The translations under genes were made by a program, and so were the position numbers. The notes below the pieces were generated by a model. The model was not told the DNA's origin. It saw only the letters and a program-made list of their open reading frames with translations, and searched no databases. Shown here in pieces: positions 16,779 through 28,783 of a stretch of 64,000 nucleotides of DNA (the first letter of the stretch is position 1; every line of letters begins with the position of its first letter). The stretch is from a virus (Duplodnaviria; Caudoviricetes), in the IMG/VR virus record IMGVR_UViG_3300031994_000020; one strand, 5' to 3'.

Positions 16779-17384
16779 TTATTTAAAATAATGATCTTGT
16801 ATCTGCTTTTTAGGGTTCTTTACTGTCGTATTAAAATACAAATAAGAACTCATTTCAATATTTTCACCCTTATAAAACACACTTGTATTTCCATCCAAAA
16901 CATATTTTGCGGCATTTATGGCATCTTCAGGCAAGGTTCCCGCATCATACATTTTCAATGCCTTTGATAAACGCCCATTTGATGCAGGTCCAAATTGTCC
17001 TTTTTCATAAATCACATCTTTTATAGTGTCAGCAAAGTAAGTTTCGTGATTCACTCTGTTCAAAACTACAATCCCCACAGCTTGTTGACCAGCCTCACAC
17101 TGGTTTCCCGCCTCACTCTAAATGATAGAAGATAAATACCTTAAATCTTCTTCATCATAAATTTTCTCCATTTCAATAATTTCTTCTATTATTTCTTCCT
17201 CTTGTTCAACAATAGAACAATCTGAAACAGATACGGTATTAGTAGATACACCCTAATTCAAAATGATAGGGCTGCCATCATGCACTCCCTGATAATATCC
17301 TCTGTAATAAGACTCTCTTAAAACTATAATTGAAAGTGCTAAAATAGCTGTAATTACTAATACTGTTAAAATTTTCTTCTACAT
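16779..17384 (-). CDS. SleB-like cell wall hydrolase (Hydrolase_2) with N-terminal TM/signal; 3 in-frame TAG including codon 2
   Basis: M*KKILTVLVITAIL...LSSII*SEAGNQCEAGQQAVGIVVLNRV..DVIYEKGQF..IQDHYF; RBS AAGGGAG. Confidence 0.88.
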
Positions 17385-17475
17385 TATATAATTTCTCCCT
17401 TCTTGTATTATGGGAAGTACAAGTGATTATTTTATTTTATTTTTATCAAAGAGAAATTGTATTTTTCTGACCAAA

Positions 17476-17760
17476 TTATATTTGATAATTTGCTTTGCGA
17501 GCTTCCGCATTTATCCAATTTTTATAAAGTCTCATTTTGCTCTGATCATTCCACGACCATGTACAAAAACAAGTATCTTTACTATACATAAAATGGTCAG
17601 GCTTATATTTAGTTAACAAAAGCTCGATAAATTGCGCGGGAGATATTCCTAAAATGCGGGCGGGATGCCACCATGCACCAGAGCCTTTAGCTAAGTTATC
17701 CACACAATTAGCGTGCCATCCGCTTGTAGTTTCCCATTCAGTTGCTTTCCAAATAGCCAT
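17476..17760 (-). CDS. hypothetical Trp-rich protein (all TGG)
   Basis: 94 aa ORF with RBS. Confidence 0.75.
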   Translation of the reverse strand: MAIWKATEWETTSGWHANCVDNLAKGSGAWWHPARILGISPAQFIELLLTKYKPDHFMYSKDTCFCTWSWNDQSKMRLYKNWINAEARKANYQI

Positions 17761-17775
17761 CTCCCGCGTTTCTCC

Positions 17776-18057
17776 TTATAGATTAAGTCTTTCCATTAAT
17801 GATGCAACTTCTTCTTTCTCTTCTTTTGTTATTTCTGTTGATGTAGTGTCTACTTTAGCTGTGCTTGTAGTCTGACTAGGAGCAACCCCTCCCGCATCTA
17901 CATTCACTTTCGCGCAAGTACAAGCTATTTTTATTTGTACTTCTTCCCCATTCTCTATGAAGGGAATCCTTACTTCTTTATCGTACTTAAAACTTCCTTC
18001 AAATGTATCAAGTATCTTCTTTATAATTTCTTCTTTAGCGATAGCGCCTTTAGCCAT
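17776..18057 (-). CDS. hypothetical phage protein
   Basis: 93 aa, promoter and RBS. Confidence 0.8.
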   Translation of the reverse strand: MAKGAIAKEEIIKKILDTFEGSFKYDKEVRIPFIENGEEVQIKIACTCAKVNVDAGGVAPSQTTSTAKVDTTSTEITKEEKEEVASLMERLNL

Positions 18058-18126
18058 TATTCTTCTTCCTTTCTTTATCTTATATAAATATTATATCATA
18101 AAATTTTTAAAAAGTCAAATGTTCCC

Positions 18127-19053
18127 TTAAAATGGCGGCGCCGGGGCCTGCTCTCCGCACATCTGTATTACACTACTATTAGTAGTAGCTGGATCATAAT
18201 ATGCTTTAAAACACTCATCGCATACACCATAATCGCCTATATCATTCTGCTCTCTAATTATTCTATCTCCTGTTTTTAACTGTTTTCCACATAGTAAACA
18301 AATATTATCAGAGAAAGAAAAACCCCAAGTATAATTTTGATTAGGTTTTGACCATGGAATATAAGTATAAGATTTCATTGTAGAACTTGCATCTAAAATC
18401 TTCCGCACTTTATCTAATGTAGCGTCTGTCCATTTACAATAAAGTCTTTCACATGGAGTATGTTCACACTTATAACCAACAGAAAGATTAACTGCCGCAA
18501 TTTTCCATGCGGGAGCTATAATACTTATATCAGAAAAAGTCCCATAATTAAACTCAAATCCAAAATCGCAGATATATTTTTCAAAATCATTATTATCACA
18601 TTCATAAAATACTGCATCATTATCATATGCTCTATCTAATTGTATAATAGCTCTACAATCAGCAAACGGACAATCTGGATAATCTGCAACTAAATGATGA
18701 GCGCCAACTCCGCCTACTTCTTCTCCTCTTGTAAAAATAATATTTGGAAAATAACCTTCTTTTAAAAGTTCCAAAATAATATAAACTCCCGCACGATCAT
18801 CAAAACCCGCACCTGAAGGACTCCATAATATTTCTTTCTCTGAGTCATAAAAAAACTCATGGGGTAACTGAGTAAAAACAGTATCAAGATGTGCTATCAA
18901 ACAGACAGGAAGGGCATTTTCATGTTCAGCTATTATATAATCTTCACTATATATAATTGTTGAATATCCTATCTCTTGTAATAATTTAATTAAATGTTCA
19001 TATAAAGTTTGTTCATTCGTTTTGCACAGCGTCTTTATCAGATTTAAATTCAT
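18127..19053 (-). CDS. M28/M20-family Zn peptidase-like protein with C-terminal Zn finger
   Basis: 'AHLDTV','GFDDRAGV','GEEVG','QLDR','YKCEHT', CxxC..CxxC. Confidence 0.8.
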   Translation of the reverse strand: MNLNLIKTLCKTNEQTLYEHLIKLLQEIGYSTIIYSEDYIIAEHENALPVCLIAHLDTVFTQLPHEFFYDSEKEILWSPSGAGFDDRAGVYIILELLKEGYFPNIIFTRGEEVGGVGAHHLVADYPDCPFADCRAIIQLDRAYDNDAVFYECDNNDFEKYICDFGFEFNYGTFSDISIIAPAWKIAAVNLSVGYKCEHTPCERLYCKWTDATLDKVRKILDASSTMKSYTYIPWSKPNQNYTWGFSFSDNICLLCGKQLKTGDRIIREQNDIGDYGVCDECFKAYYDPATTNSSVIQMCGEQAPAPPF

Positions 19054-19927
19054 TTACTCTATCCTTTAATTTTTTTAATATTTCTTCCGCTTCTTTAGGT
19101 GTTACTTCTGTTTTTTCTGAGAATTTATCTTTTAAAATTGAAAAATGTGCTTCTTTAAATTTCTTTGCAAATTTTTCTACCTCTGGACAATAGAAGCATT
19201 CTCCTATCATGCATCGCTTTCCACAATTTATTCTTCTTTGTCCAAAATGTGGATCAATGGCATCATTAGCTAAATCTAAATCATCTGCGGAAGATAATAA
19301 ATTTTTTAAATCGCCAAGCCATAATCTATCTTTATATACCTCATATACTACTGATTGTTGATCTGTTAAGTTAAATATCTCAAATATATCAACATATGGC
19401 TCATATTCTTCAGTATCTTCTGGTCTAATCCAAAATTTCTGAATTGCGGGGATCTCTTGACTAGTTCCGCGAGATGATTGACAAACATCAGGGAAGCATC
19501 GAACCTTGATTCCCGCATCTTTAAGAAACTGTAATGTTTTTAATTTAAAACCAAGTTCTTCAATAATATATACATCAGTAGGATTATATTTAAGTAATGT
19601 ATATAATAAATCATAATTATTTACAAAATTACTAAACATAATAGGTATATCATTATCTTTTAATATTTGTATCCAATCCTTTTGCATAAAGAAATCAAGC
19701 TGCACTACTATATTAGGGTGTTTTTCTTTTAAAGCATTTAGGTATGGAATAATATTTTCAATATATTCTATTTTTTCTATATTTATAACTGCTCTCTGCT
19801 CTTGTCTCTTTAACACTTGAGGTATAAATTCTACAATTTTATCAGAGCCAGTTTCATAATCAAAAATTACTTCGTCTATATCTTGAAAATGACGAAAGTC
19901 TCTTCTGTATTTTACCGCATATTTCAT
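19013..19927 (-). CDS. Peptidase U32-like / TIM-barrel hypothetical protein
   Basis: 'FWIRPEDTEEYEPYVDIFE' and C-terminal Cys cluster. Confidence 0.5.
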   Translation of the reverse strand: MKYAVKYRRDFRHFQDIDEVIFDYETGSDKIVEFIPQVLKRQEQRAVINIEKIEYIENIIPYLNALKEKHPNIVVQLDFFMQKDWIQILKDNDIPIMFSNFVNNYDLLYTLLKYNPTDVYIIEELGFKLKTLQFLKDAGIKVRCFPDVCQSSRGTSQEIPAIQKFWIRPEDTEEYEPYVDIFEIFNLTDQQSVVYEVYKDRLWLGDLKNLLSSADDLDLANDAIDPHFGQRRINCGKRCMIGECFYCPEVEKFAKKFKEAHFSILKDKFSEKTEVTPKEAEEILKKLKDRVNEFKSDKDAVQNE

Positions 19928-20034
19928 TTTATAATTCCTCCTTTATATAATTATAACATAATTTTTTTTATAACGCAAGAAAGACTCCTTTTTAAGGAGC
20001 CTTTCAAATAATCTACATTTTACTTTTATATGTA

Positions 20035-20469
20035 TTACTCTGCGTCTTCAGTCTCGGGAGCGGGACCTGCCGCATATGCTACAATCTTGCGACCTTCCTC
20101 AGTCTTAACGAATGTCTTATGAGCCTTACCAGCCTTAATGAGCTGAGCGATACGAGCTGTTACCTTACCGCGAGTAACATCCTCTCCCTCGATAGCATCA
20201 ACGATGTCAGCCACGGTCTGATACTCATCTGTAAGAGCTTCCTCTATAACCTTTGTAAGTTCATCGCCATCAGCTTTCTTCTTAGCCGCAGCTTCCTTAG
20301 CCTTTGTAGCCTTAGCATTGAGCTGCTCGATAGCGGTGTTTGCATACTCAAGGATGTCATCTGCGGTGATTTCTATACCATCAACCTCGATAGCTGCATC
20401 CTGCTCTGCAAAATAGTTAGTAATTGCTGTAAGTACCATTTTCTTTGTTTTCTTGATTTCAGTTGTCAT
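20035..20469 (-). CDS. wHTH-like DNA-binding protein (family with 34976-35329 and 38397-38756)
   Basis: 'TVADIV..VTRGKVTARIAQLIKAG'; biased high-expression codons. Confidence 0.6.
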   Translation of the reverse strand: MTTEIKKTKKMVLTAITNYFAEQDAAIEVDGIEITADDILEYANTAIEQLNAKATKAKEAAAKKKADGDELTKVIEEALTDEYQTVADIVDAIEGEDVTRGKVTARIAQLIKAGKAHKTFVKTEEGRKIVAYAAGPAPETEDAE

Positions 20470-20622
20470 AATAATTTTCTCCTTTAATATTGTGTTTTAG
20501 TTTTTTATTTACTTTACTTTATGTATTTATTATATCATATTTTTTTAGGAAAGTCAAATTTTTTATTTTCCTTATTTTATTTTCCTTTCCTTACTTTCTA
20601 TAAATATTATAGCATAATTTTT

Positions 20623-22500
20623 TTAATATGTCAAAAATTTTATTTCATCAATTATTTTAGATGATTGACTTCTATTGAGCTTATATACATCTTCTGATGC
20701 ATATAATGATGTAAACATGTCTTTATTACTATTCTTCAAATTTATATATCTAAATTTCTCAACGTCATTAAATGACTTTGCACCTGGATTAAAAAATTCT
20801 ATTTTTATCTTTCTTTGAGTACCGAATTCATCTTTTTCAACAGTGCCAATTTGAAGAGCACCTTCTTCTTTTAGATGCTTTCCACATTCTTTACATATAT
20901 AAAGAGACTCTGCATTATCTTTATATAATTTTTCTGCTTTTTCTTGTCTTATTTCAACTCCGGATACACACCTAAAAAAATTATTTAAAGATAGCATTTC
21001 TGAATCTTTAATTAAATAAGGCGCGGTTCTAGTAATATATACATTATCAAAATCTTCTACCCATATAGAAGCTCCACAACAAGGGCAGATTTTAGCATAT
21101 CTTTCATAGCATTTTGAACATACTCTTATTTTTTTATCATCTACTATAATGTATTTATAATCTCGTAAAGGAGTTCCAGTGGAACAGCAGTGGCAAGTAA
21201 AATCCCTTGCACAAGATTCGCAAACTACAGATCCTGTATTTGCAAATCTATCATTATAATTAGGATAATCATAATCACAATCCCAAGTAATAATTTCTCC
21301 ATTGCATCTTACGCAATTACATTTTCCACTTACAGAGATAACTTTATTGCCTGTTACCTTATTTCTAACACACCAATATTCATAATCATTGTCATTAAGC
21401 ATATCATTATACATACCTTTAGTATCCCATATAATATTATGCTTATTTCCACCAAATCTAGCCCAATTTTTATTACGATCCATTCTATTAAAAGAGTTTA
21501 TATGGATCATATCCTTGTATCTCTCAATACCATATTTATATTCCCAATTTAAATTTTCTTTTGCCAGCTCCCGCGCAAAAGTAAGCAGTTCTTTACTAAC
21601 TTTTTCATTATAATAAGGATATGATTTACCTGTCATAATAATGTTTTTATTGGTATAAACTAACTGCCGCCATTTTTTATTATTCCAAGTTCTTTCTGCG
21701 GGATCTGATATATTTATGTTTTCACCTGAAGTACGATTTGCCTTGGTTATAAAATCCCATTCATCATTACCTTTTGAAGACATAATATATCCGCAAAGGA
21801 CATTATTAGAGTTCATCATTTCGACGGTCCCTACATGGTAGCATCCTTTTTCAATCCAAGACATACAAGAGGTCCAAGAGAGACCATTATCACTCATTGT
21901 CATATAATCAAGAGGATGTATAGAAAGACATAATTTCCCCTTAATTATTTTATCATTGAGAACTCTTGAATGAGCAAGTCTAAATTCTTCAAAATATTCA
22001 GGATGCCAATCCCATTCCTTATCAAAATAATTGATAATTTTCTGAAGTGCTTTCATAGGTTTCGTCCCTATAGGGATCTGAAGCATCTTTGCGAAAGGAT
22101 TTTTTCTATATTTTATTCCATAAGCTATCTTATCAGTAACAAAATTTTCTACGTCTGTTAAATGATTAAAGAAACGAACATCTTCATCAGAAAAAGACTT
22201 GGACTCTTTTACAAAATTCCAATAAAAACTCTTATAATCACTTCTAAAAGCACTTTCAAAATAGAGGTTATACATTTCCTGCTTAATAGCATCTAAAGGC
22301 TTTTCATAAAGATAGTCTTTTTCTGCAATTAATTTGTTACCAAGTAACTTATATAACTTCTGATTAGAATGACTCCACTGTTCAAGCCACTTCTCTAATC
22401 CAATAAAATTCTTCTTATTAATACTTGTAGTAAAAATATAGTTTTCTATTTTCTTCTTATCAACATCAGATAACTTGTCTATTAAATTAATATAAGCCAT
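20623..22500 (-). CDS. Large conserved phage hypothetical protein with Cys-rich C-terminus
   Basis: 'LSIHPLDYMTMSDN..WTSCMSW', multiple CxxC; start taken at MAYIN after a GGAGG RBS. Confidence 0.7.
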   Translation of the reverse strand: MAYINLIDKLSDVDKKKIENYIFTTSINKKNFIGLEKWLEQWSHSNQKLYKLLGNKLIAEKDYLYEKPLDAIKQEMYNLYFESAFRSDYKSFYWNFVKESKSFSDEDVRFFNHLTDVENFVTDKIAYGIKYRKNPFAKMLQIPIGTKPMKALQKIINYFDKEWDWHPEYFEEFRLAHSRVLNDKIIKGKLCLSIHPLDYMTMSDNGLSWTSCMSWIEKGCYHVGTVEMMNSNNVLCGYIMSSKGNDEWDFITKANRTSGENINISDPAERTWNNKKWRQLVYTNKNIIMTGKSYPYYNEKVSKELLTFARELAKENLNWEYKYGIERYKDMIHINSFNRMDRNKNWARFGGNKHNIIWDTKGMYNDMLNDNDYEYWCVRNKVTGNKVISVSGKCNCVRCNGEIITWDCDYDYPNYNDRFANTGSVVCESCARDFTCHCCSTGTPLRDYKYIIVDDKKIRVCSKCYERYAKICPCCGASIWVEDFDNVYITRTAPYLIKDSEMLSLNNFFRCVSGVEIRQEKAEKLYKDNAESLYICKECGKHLKEEGALQIGTVEKDEFGTQRKIKIEFFNPGAKSFNDVEKFRYINLKNSNKDMFTSLYASEDVYKLNRSQSSKIIDEIKFLTY

Positions 22501-22744
22501 TATGTTTCCTCCGATAATAGTCTTCAATATTTTTATTTAGTATTCTTACATCTTCATCAAGTAAATCATCTTCATTTATATCAAGTTCCCGCAATACTTT
22601 AGATATAACAACATTAGGATCATATCCTTTATCTATATATTTGCGGAATTCCTTTATTAATCTGTCCCTGGCTGCCGCGGACGAAATCGCCATTGACTGG
22701 AAACCATTGCCAGGGTCCAAATTCATAAAATCTACATTAAACAT
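22487..22744 (-). CDS. hypothetical protein
   Basis: Start MFNVDF after promoter/RBS. Confidence 0.65.
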   Translation of the reverse strand: MFNVDFMNLDPGNGFQSMAISSAAARDRLIKEFRKYIDKGYDPNVVISKVLRELDINEDDLLDEDVRILNKNIEDYYRRKHNGLY

Positions 22745-22824
22745 AATATTTCCCCTTTTTTCATTTTCTATAAATATTATATCATATTTTTTTATAAAAG
22801 TCAAAGTGGCTTAGCAAAGCCACT

Positions 22825-23700
22825 TTAAACTCTCTTTACTCTTGTTATTATTGTTACTTTTTCATCGTTATAGGTGTCATGAGATTTAATTGAAGCATCA
22901 ATATCTATCTCTTCACCCTCTTCCGCGGGAAATATTGAAGTTGTGAACCATGTAAGTTTATTTCCTTCAGGGGTCTCAAATTTGTATATATTGGTATAAC
23001 CCCATCTACCTTCAAACCCGCCTTTTCCTTTGACTATAACATGAGTAGGACCAAGTTTCTTTCCCTCATTTCCTATCCATTCGGAATTAGAAGGCTCTTC
23101 TTTCTCTTTAAGTAATGACTGGATAATATTATATGCGCCTTCTTTATATACACCCTTACCCCAAGCGGTAAATGTGAATATCTGGTCAACATGGACTTTA
23201 ATAACTCTATCTTCATAACCTGCGGGATCCGCCTTGTGCCACAAAAGGATTGTATCAAATTTCCAACCGGCATGCTTCAGTTCCTCTCTAATCGAATAAG
23301 AGTCACCTGTGATGATATAAGTAAATCCATCCTCATTAAACTCGTTTTTGTTGAGCCAATCTTCTTTATTCTTTGCAAAACTTGCTTCTATTTCTTCCTG
23401 ACGCTTTGCCTCTCTTCTTTCTCTGGCTCTTTTATTGGCTCTATCCATTTTTTCTCTTTCTTCGGGAGTATAGAGTCTTACTTCGTCATAAAGCCATCCC
23501 GCACCCATGCATTTAAGACATACTCCACCATATGCGGGATGTGGTTTTATCTGTCCATTCTCAACGCCGCATGCGAATACGCCATTCACGCATCTATCAC
23601 ACTTCTCTTTAATGCGGACATAGAGCTTGCCTTCCCGCTCGAAAGGTTTACTTATTCTTTCAGCATTTTCATATTTCTTTGCTGTTACATATTTATCCAT
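22825..23700 (-). CDS. Zn-finger plus OB-fold-like protein
   Basis: CDRC..CLKCMG; C-terminal 'IKSHDTYNDEKVTIITR'. Confidence 0.6.
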   Translation of the reverse strand: MDKYVTAKKYENAERISKPFEREGKLYVRIKEKCDRCVNGVFACGVENGQIKPHPAYGGVCLKCMGAGWLYDEVRLYTPEEREKMDRANKRARERREAKRQEEIEASFAKNKEDWLNKNEFNEDGFTYIITGDSYSIREELKHAGWKFDTILLWHKADPAGYEDRVIKVHVDQIFTFTAWGKGVYKEGAYNIIQSLLKEKEEPSNSEWIGNEGKKLGPTHVIVKGKGGFEGRWGYTNIYKFETPEGNKLTWFTTSIFPAEEGEEIDIDASIKSHDTYNDEKVTIITRVKRV

Positions 23701-23931
23701 TATTATACCTCTCTCCACTCCTCTGCATAATCTACAATCATCCAATTACCATTGCAAGTTCCTATTTCACCGAATTTCACATCATCTGTAATAATCATTT
23801 TTTTCTCTCCTGTTAAGAGATTTCTCAAGAAGTAGTACCGTATATATATCATTTCTACAACACCTTCTTTCTTTATCTTATATAAATATTATATCATAAA
23901 ATTTTTAATAAGTCAAAAAAGAAGGATGGTA

Positions 23932-24129
23932 TCAGAATAGATACCATCCTTTCTTATTTAATGCCTTTATTATAAGTACGCTTACGATAATTAATAATAT
24001 AAGTCCAAACTGAATGATTATAGGTGATAATACCCAAAACCATGACCAACTTATAACACCGGTAAGTTTAAGTATAACAAAAAGCATTGATAATACTACA
24101 CCAAATGAAAAATCAATCTTTATATTCAT
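23932..24129 (-). CDS. small membrane protein
   Basis: 'LFVILKLTGVISWSWFWVLSPI' common phage TM motif. Confidence 0.75.
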   Translation of the reverse strand: MNIKIDFSFGVVLSMLFVILKLTGVISWSWFWVLSPIIIQFGLILLIIVSVLIIKALNKKGWYLF

Positions 24130-24140
24130 AATTTTCTCCT

Positions 24141-27100
24141 TTAACTTAATTTTTTTCCACAATTAGGACAATAGTTACTCCTTTGAGACCACTTCATTTT
24201 AGAAATACAGTATGGACAAACTGCATTATCTTCTACATCACCATCTCCCGCACTATGCTCCCTTAACCATAAACTATTAGGCGTGCGATAATCTCTCTGC
24301 ATCCATGCGAGCATTTTATCAGGAGATAAAAATACTTCTCCTATGTCAAAACCAAAAAGTTCTTTAAATTTTTCCCTATTTGTCATTCTTACTCTCCATT
24401 ATTCATTTTTCTACTCTTCGTTACTTTCTCTATCTCTTTTTTCTTTGCGTACTTCATAAATGAGATACTTAATACCCTCATTGCAGAAAGCTTCCTCTAT
24501 AATATCTAATTCTTCATTTGTAAAATCACTAAATCTTGTCATTTTTTTACATCCACTTCATTAACACTTTCGTCTTTTATAATAGGTGAAATGATAGAAT
24601 ATAGTTGTTTTTCATAACATTCCTCTGTGCAAAGAATATGAGGTATTTGATCTACATAGACCTTAATTGGCCTGTCATTGAATAGACTCCAAGCTTCTGC
24701 GCTACTTAAAACAATAAACTTAGTCATTCTTCTACCTCACATATTTTCAGCCCCTATCGGGCTTGTATTGTATGGCTCTGGTAATGGCATCCATGCTACT
24801 ACTTTTTCTTCAACAGCGCCATCTTTAAATGCATCAAAATCATTTGTTCCATATAATCCATAATAGTCATCTGTGACGTATTTGTCATCAAGACTTACTA
24901 ATACATGAGACTCTAGTTCTGGCGGATGCTCTGATATCGGAATCCAGCTTGTCTGCTCCCTCAATCGCTTGTAGTCTTTCAACCATTCGGCAAGCTGTCT
25001 ATATTCTTCGGCACATTTTCTACATTGTATGCTTTCAAGGCAGTTTTTATCAAACCATTCATTCTTTTCCGCAACTTCCTCTGCGTATTTAATTGCTTCA
25101 TCAAGTGTCATCTTTTTACCTCCTGCATCTTTGCACCACAGTGTGGACAGTATTTGCATAATGGGATGCTATCCTTTTTATCTTTGCTAACGCACTCCAC
25201 AATAACGCTCTTGCACTCTGAGCAACACCAGTCTCCCAATAATCTAGTATTAGGGTTATACGGTACCCATTCCCAATGTCCCATCATTTCATTCCTCACT
25301 TTCTGCTTTACTGCCCTCCACCCTATACCTGTCGATAATTTCAAACACATCATCGGGATCAAGACGTGGTATTCTTACTTCATCTGTCCCATCACAACTA
25401 ACAATAGCATCTTCCCAAACAGCCTGTTCTATCTCGGCTCTTATTTTGTCAAGTACATCTACGCTTATCAATTTACCAACTATTTTTTTTGGTTGAATAA
25501 AATCTATTTCCTTCATTCCTTTCCTCACTTTCGGCCTGTCCCCTAATATAGCGGGCAATCTGCGCCGCCGCCATCTGTAAACCTTCAATTCTCCCATTTT
25601 CCTTTGCTATTTTTATCCTGCAATCGGTTACATCATTATTAGTCTGTTCTGTCAGATATATCAACAGCTTATCTCTATCTTCTTTTGTCATTATTTATCC
25701 CTCGCTTTCCATCTTTGCTCCACAGTTAGGGCAATAATTTCTGAAACTGTCATATCCGTATTGTATCTCGCCACATTCAGAACATTCTTGACCACTTCCT
25801 GTGTCTCGCCAATGCCCTATCTTCTGCTCTATTGCATCTTGCTCTATTGTTTCAATGATCTTTTTTATTAACGGTTTGTAATAAAACGGTATATTCTCAG
25901 CCTTTAACAGATTATTCAAGTCGCTAATTGCACCACCTAATGTCATTCAATTACCCTCTTTCAGCGTTTTATTGCATTTTCAATCTCTGTTAAACGGATT
26001 CTTATATCCCATAACTTATCCATAATAGAAAAGCCTGCCATTAAAATTGCGTATGCAATTATAACCCCATCTGACACATTTGCTCTTTTTAAGACAAATA
26101 TTGATATAAAACCTATAACTATTATCGTCATTCAATTACCCTCTTTCTCTATACTATTTTCTGATACTGCTATTTTTTCATATCCAAACTCATGTGGTAC
26201 AGTTATGAAAAGAGCTATTATAACGCTCAAGAACACAAGTACACATATGAAACCAAGATGATATTCTTCATCTCTCCAAACTACACTGAGCATAAGTGAA
26301 GTTCCAATAAGGATAAGAGATATAAAAATAGCTAAACCGAAAACTGTAAAAACTGTCATTCTTCTTCCTCCATTTTTGCTCCACAGCTAGGGCAATATCT
26401 GAACAACATATACCGATTATCTTCAAAACCACATTCTGAACAACGCACCACTGATGTTACCCCATTTTCACCAATAGTTTTAATCCACCGCCCTGTCTTC
26501 GGCTCTTGCTTGATGGATGGTAATCTATCTATGCGGTCATATAAGTATTTCGTAGCGTTGCTATACTTGTATTCGCCATAAGTTATCCACTTTTCCAATT
26601 CAATGTGCATTGCCTGTCTGCTGATAGCATCCTCACAAGGCTCTTGCTCTTTGTTTGTCATACTTCCTCACTCTCCTTATCTGCTTCTATGATTGGCTCA
26701 ATAACAGATAAATCATATTTAGTAATCTCCATTGAATTACCATCCCAAAACATATCAATCAATGTTTCTATATCCACAATATCCCCGTGTCCTTTTGGAA
26801 GTGGTGTGCCGTTTAAAATTGCATTATACGATCCGTCTTTGTTATGTGATTTAAGATACTCATAATCTTCTTCGGGTATCTTAATAACTAACTCTATATC
26901 TGCCATATCATCCCTCACTTTCTTTATCTGCTTCTATGATTGGCAGCGCTGTATCTAGACACATACTTAATCTGTCCAGAAGTTCTTTATATGTTGGCTT
27001 ATTGGAATAAGACTCTAATTCTTTCCAAATACCATAAAATCTGTCGTTTATTTTATCCCTATCCACTAAATCTCCGTGTCCTTTAGGAAGCTGCTTGCCA

Positions 27101-27421
27101 CTCTCTATGTATCCTCTTAATTTGAATATATCAATATAAACAAGTCTTTTATATTCTTCTTTCGGTATATCAATTACTATCTGCATCTTTTCTTCCATTT
27201 TATTTATTCTTTTCTGCTATTGTTTCTATCTGTTTAAATGCATTCTTCAGCATTTTTATTCTTTCTTCGAGTTTTCTGTATTCACGTAACGGAACACAAA
27301 TGTCATAACCATCTTCGTCACTGTTATCTAATCCAAATTTCTCAGCCACTATTAAATCAGATGACTGTTTCCATTTTCTGATTTCATCATTTTTATCTAC
27401 ATAAATAACCGTATATATCAT
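24141..27421 (-). other. Run of ~14 small overlapping ORFs (Zn-ribbon CPxCGAKM, DUF551-like, 'LPKGHGDL' paralogs)
   Basis: Translationally coupled ORFs such as 24737-25108 (WIPISE..VAWMPLPEPY), 25695-25946, 26356-26661, 26658-26918, 26908-27198. Confidence 0.75.
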
Positions 27422-27452
27422 TTTATTTTTATCTTCCTTAAAATATTATTTT

Positions 27453-27998
27453 TTATTTTATTGACTTTATCTTCGCATAGATATCACAGTATGTTCTATC
27501 GAAGCAATCATCTACTTTTTCAATAAACCACGGTTTATCTACTATTTCACGAAAATAATAAGACCAATTAGGACCGCCTATTCGAGAATGGATATATAAT
27601 ATATCATCTCGTCCAACATATTTATTCCATGTTTCATACTGTGAAGCTATACGCTTCTTTCTATTGTGAATAGCAAGCTTTAATCTTTTTCTCTTCCACC
27701 CATGTATGCGTTCCCATCTTACTTTTATTGGATCATGATCTTTATATTCCATAAAGAAATGTTTAAGATATTTAGTGTAATCATCGCTAATCCAATATTC
27801 AGGATGATTAGACCAAAATGGTGTAGCTTCGCATAAATCTTCGACACATTCTATATCTATATCCGTAAACATACCCGAATAGTCTATATGCTCTTCATTT
27901 TTCATAAGTCTATATCCACGCAAACGTGGAACTTCTATATTATTTTCCTTTGCGATTTCATCCAAATCATTAATTTGTATATAAGCTTCTAAATCCAT
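27453..27998 (-). CDS. hypothetical phage protein
   Basis: 181 aa ORF. Confidence 0.75.
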   Translation of the reverse strand: MDLEAYIQINDLDEIAKENNIEVPRLRGYRLMKNEEHIDYSGMFTDIDIECVEDLCEATPFWSNHPEYWISDDYTKYLKHFFMEYKDHDPIKVRWERIHGWKRKRLKLAIHNRKKRIASQYETWNKYVGRDDILYIHSRIGGPNWSYYFREIVDKPWFIEKVDDCFDRTYCDIYAKIKSIK

Positions 27999-28193
27999 AT
28001 TTTTATCCTATTTTACTTATTTATATAATTTTACTTTTTTACACTTGCATCTGCCGCATTATGATAAACTTTCTTTGAATGCCCGCATCTTGTGCAAATC
28101 TCAATATAATAAAGTCTATTATTTTCTACTCTAAAATATTTATGCCCAAATAATTTACATATAGGATTATCTTTTACAAACATAATTTTCTCC

Positions 28194-28694
28194 TTAATAA
28201 TTCTGAGCCACTTTAAGCGCAGCTCCGCAACATTTGCTACGATACATTTGAGGGTATTTAACAACATTTCCTGCCTTATAATAACAAGTTGCTATTTTTC
28301 CACATTCCGCACAACTTACTACATATTTATACTGGTTAGGAGTATCTGCTCTTTTACCCGAAGCACAACGGTTTCCCGCAATTCCCAACTTCTGACATTT
28401 CGCTTTGAAATAAGAGTCATGACCATGTTTCTGAAGTGTATCAATAGCAACAAGAGCATGAGCACATTCGTGAATTATTGTTTCGTCTATTTCCTTTTCG
28501 TCTCCTGACTCAAGCAATGCGCGGGAGATCTCTATCTTTGTAGGAGCTACCATTGTACCAACCGATACATAGTGGCATCTCCCAAGGGTCGCCCGCAAAC
28601 GACCATTAATTTTAACTTCAATATTTTTAAATTCCTTGCCATCTGCCGCGAATATCTCTCTGCATCTATCATATATCTGTTTTTCAGTCATCAT
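28194..28694 (-). CDS. SprT-like Zn metalloprotease
   Basis: 'NGRLRATLGRC','HECAH','HGHD..FK', Zn ribbon. Confidence 0.85.
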   Translation of the reverse strand: MMTEKQIYDRCREIFAADGKEFKNIEVKINGRLRATLGRCHYVSVGTMVAPTKIEISRALLESGDEKEIDETIIHECAHALVAIDTLQKHGHDSYFKAKCQKLGIAGNRCASGKRADTPNQYKYVVSCAECGKIATCYYKAGNVVKYPQMYRSKCCGAALKVAQNY

Positions 28695-28783
28695 ACTTTA
28701 TAACACCCTCTTTCTTTATCTTATATAATAATTATATCATAAAATTTTTAATAAGTCAAAAAGACTTCCTAAAAAGGAAGCCT

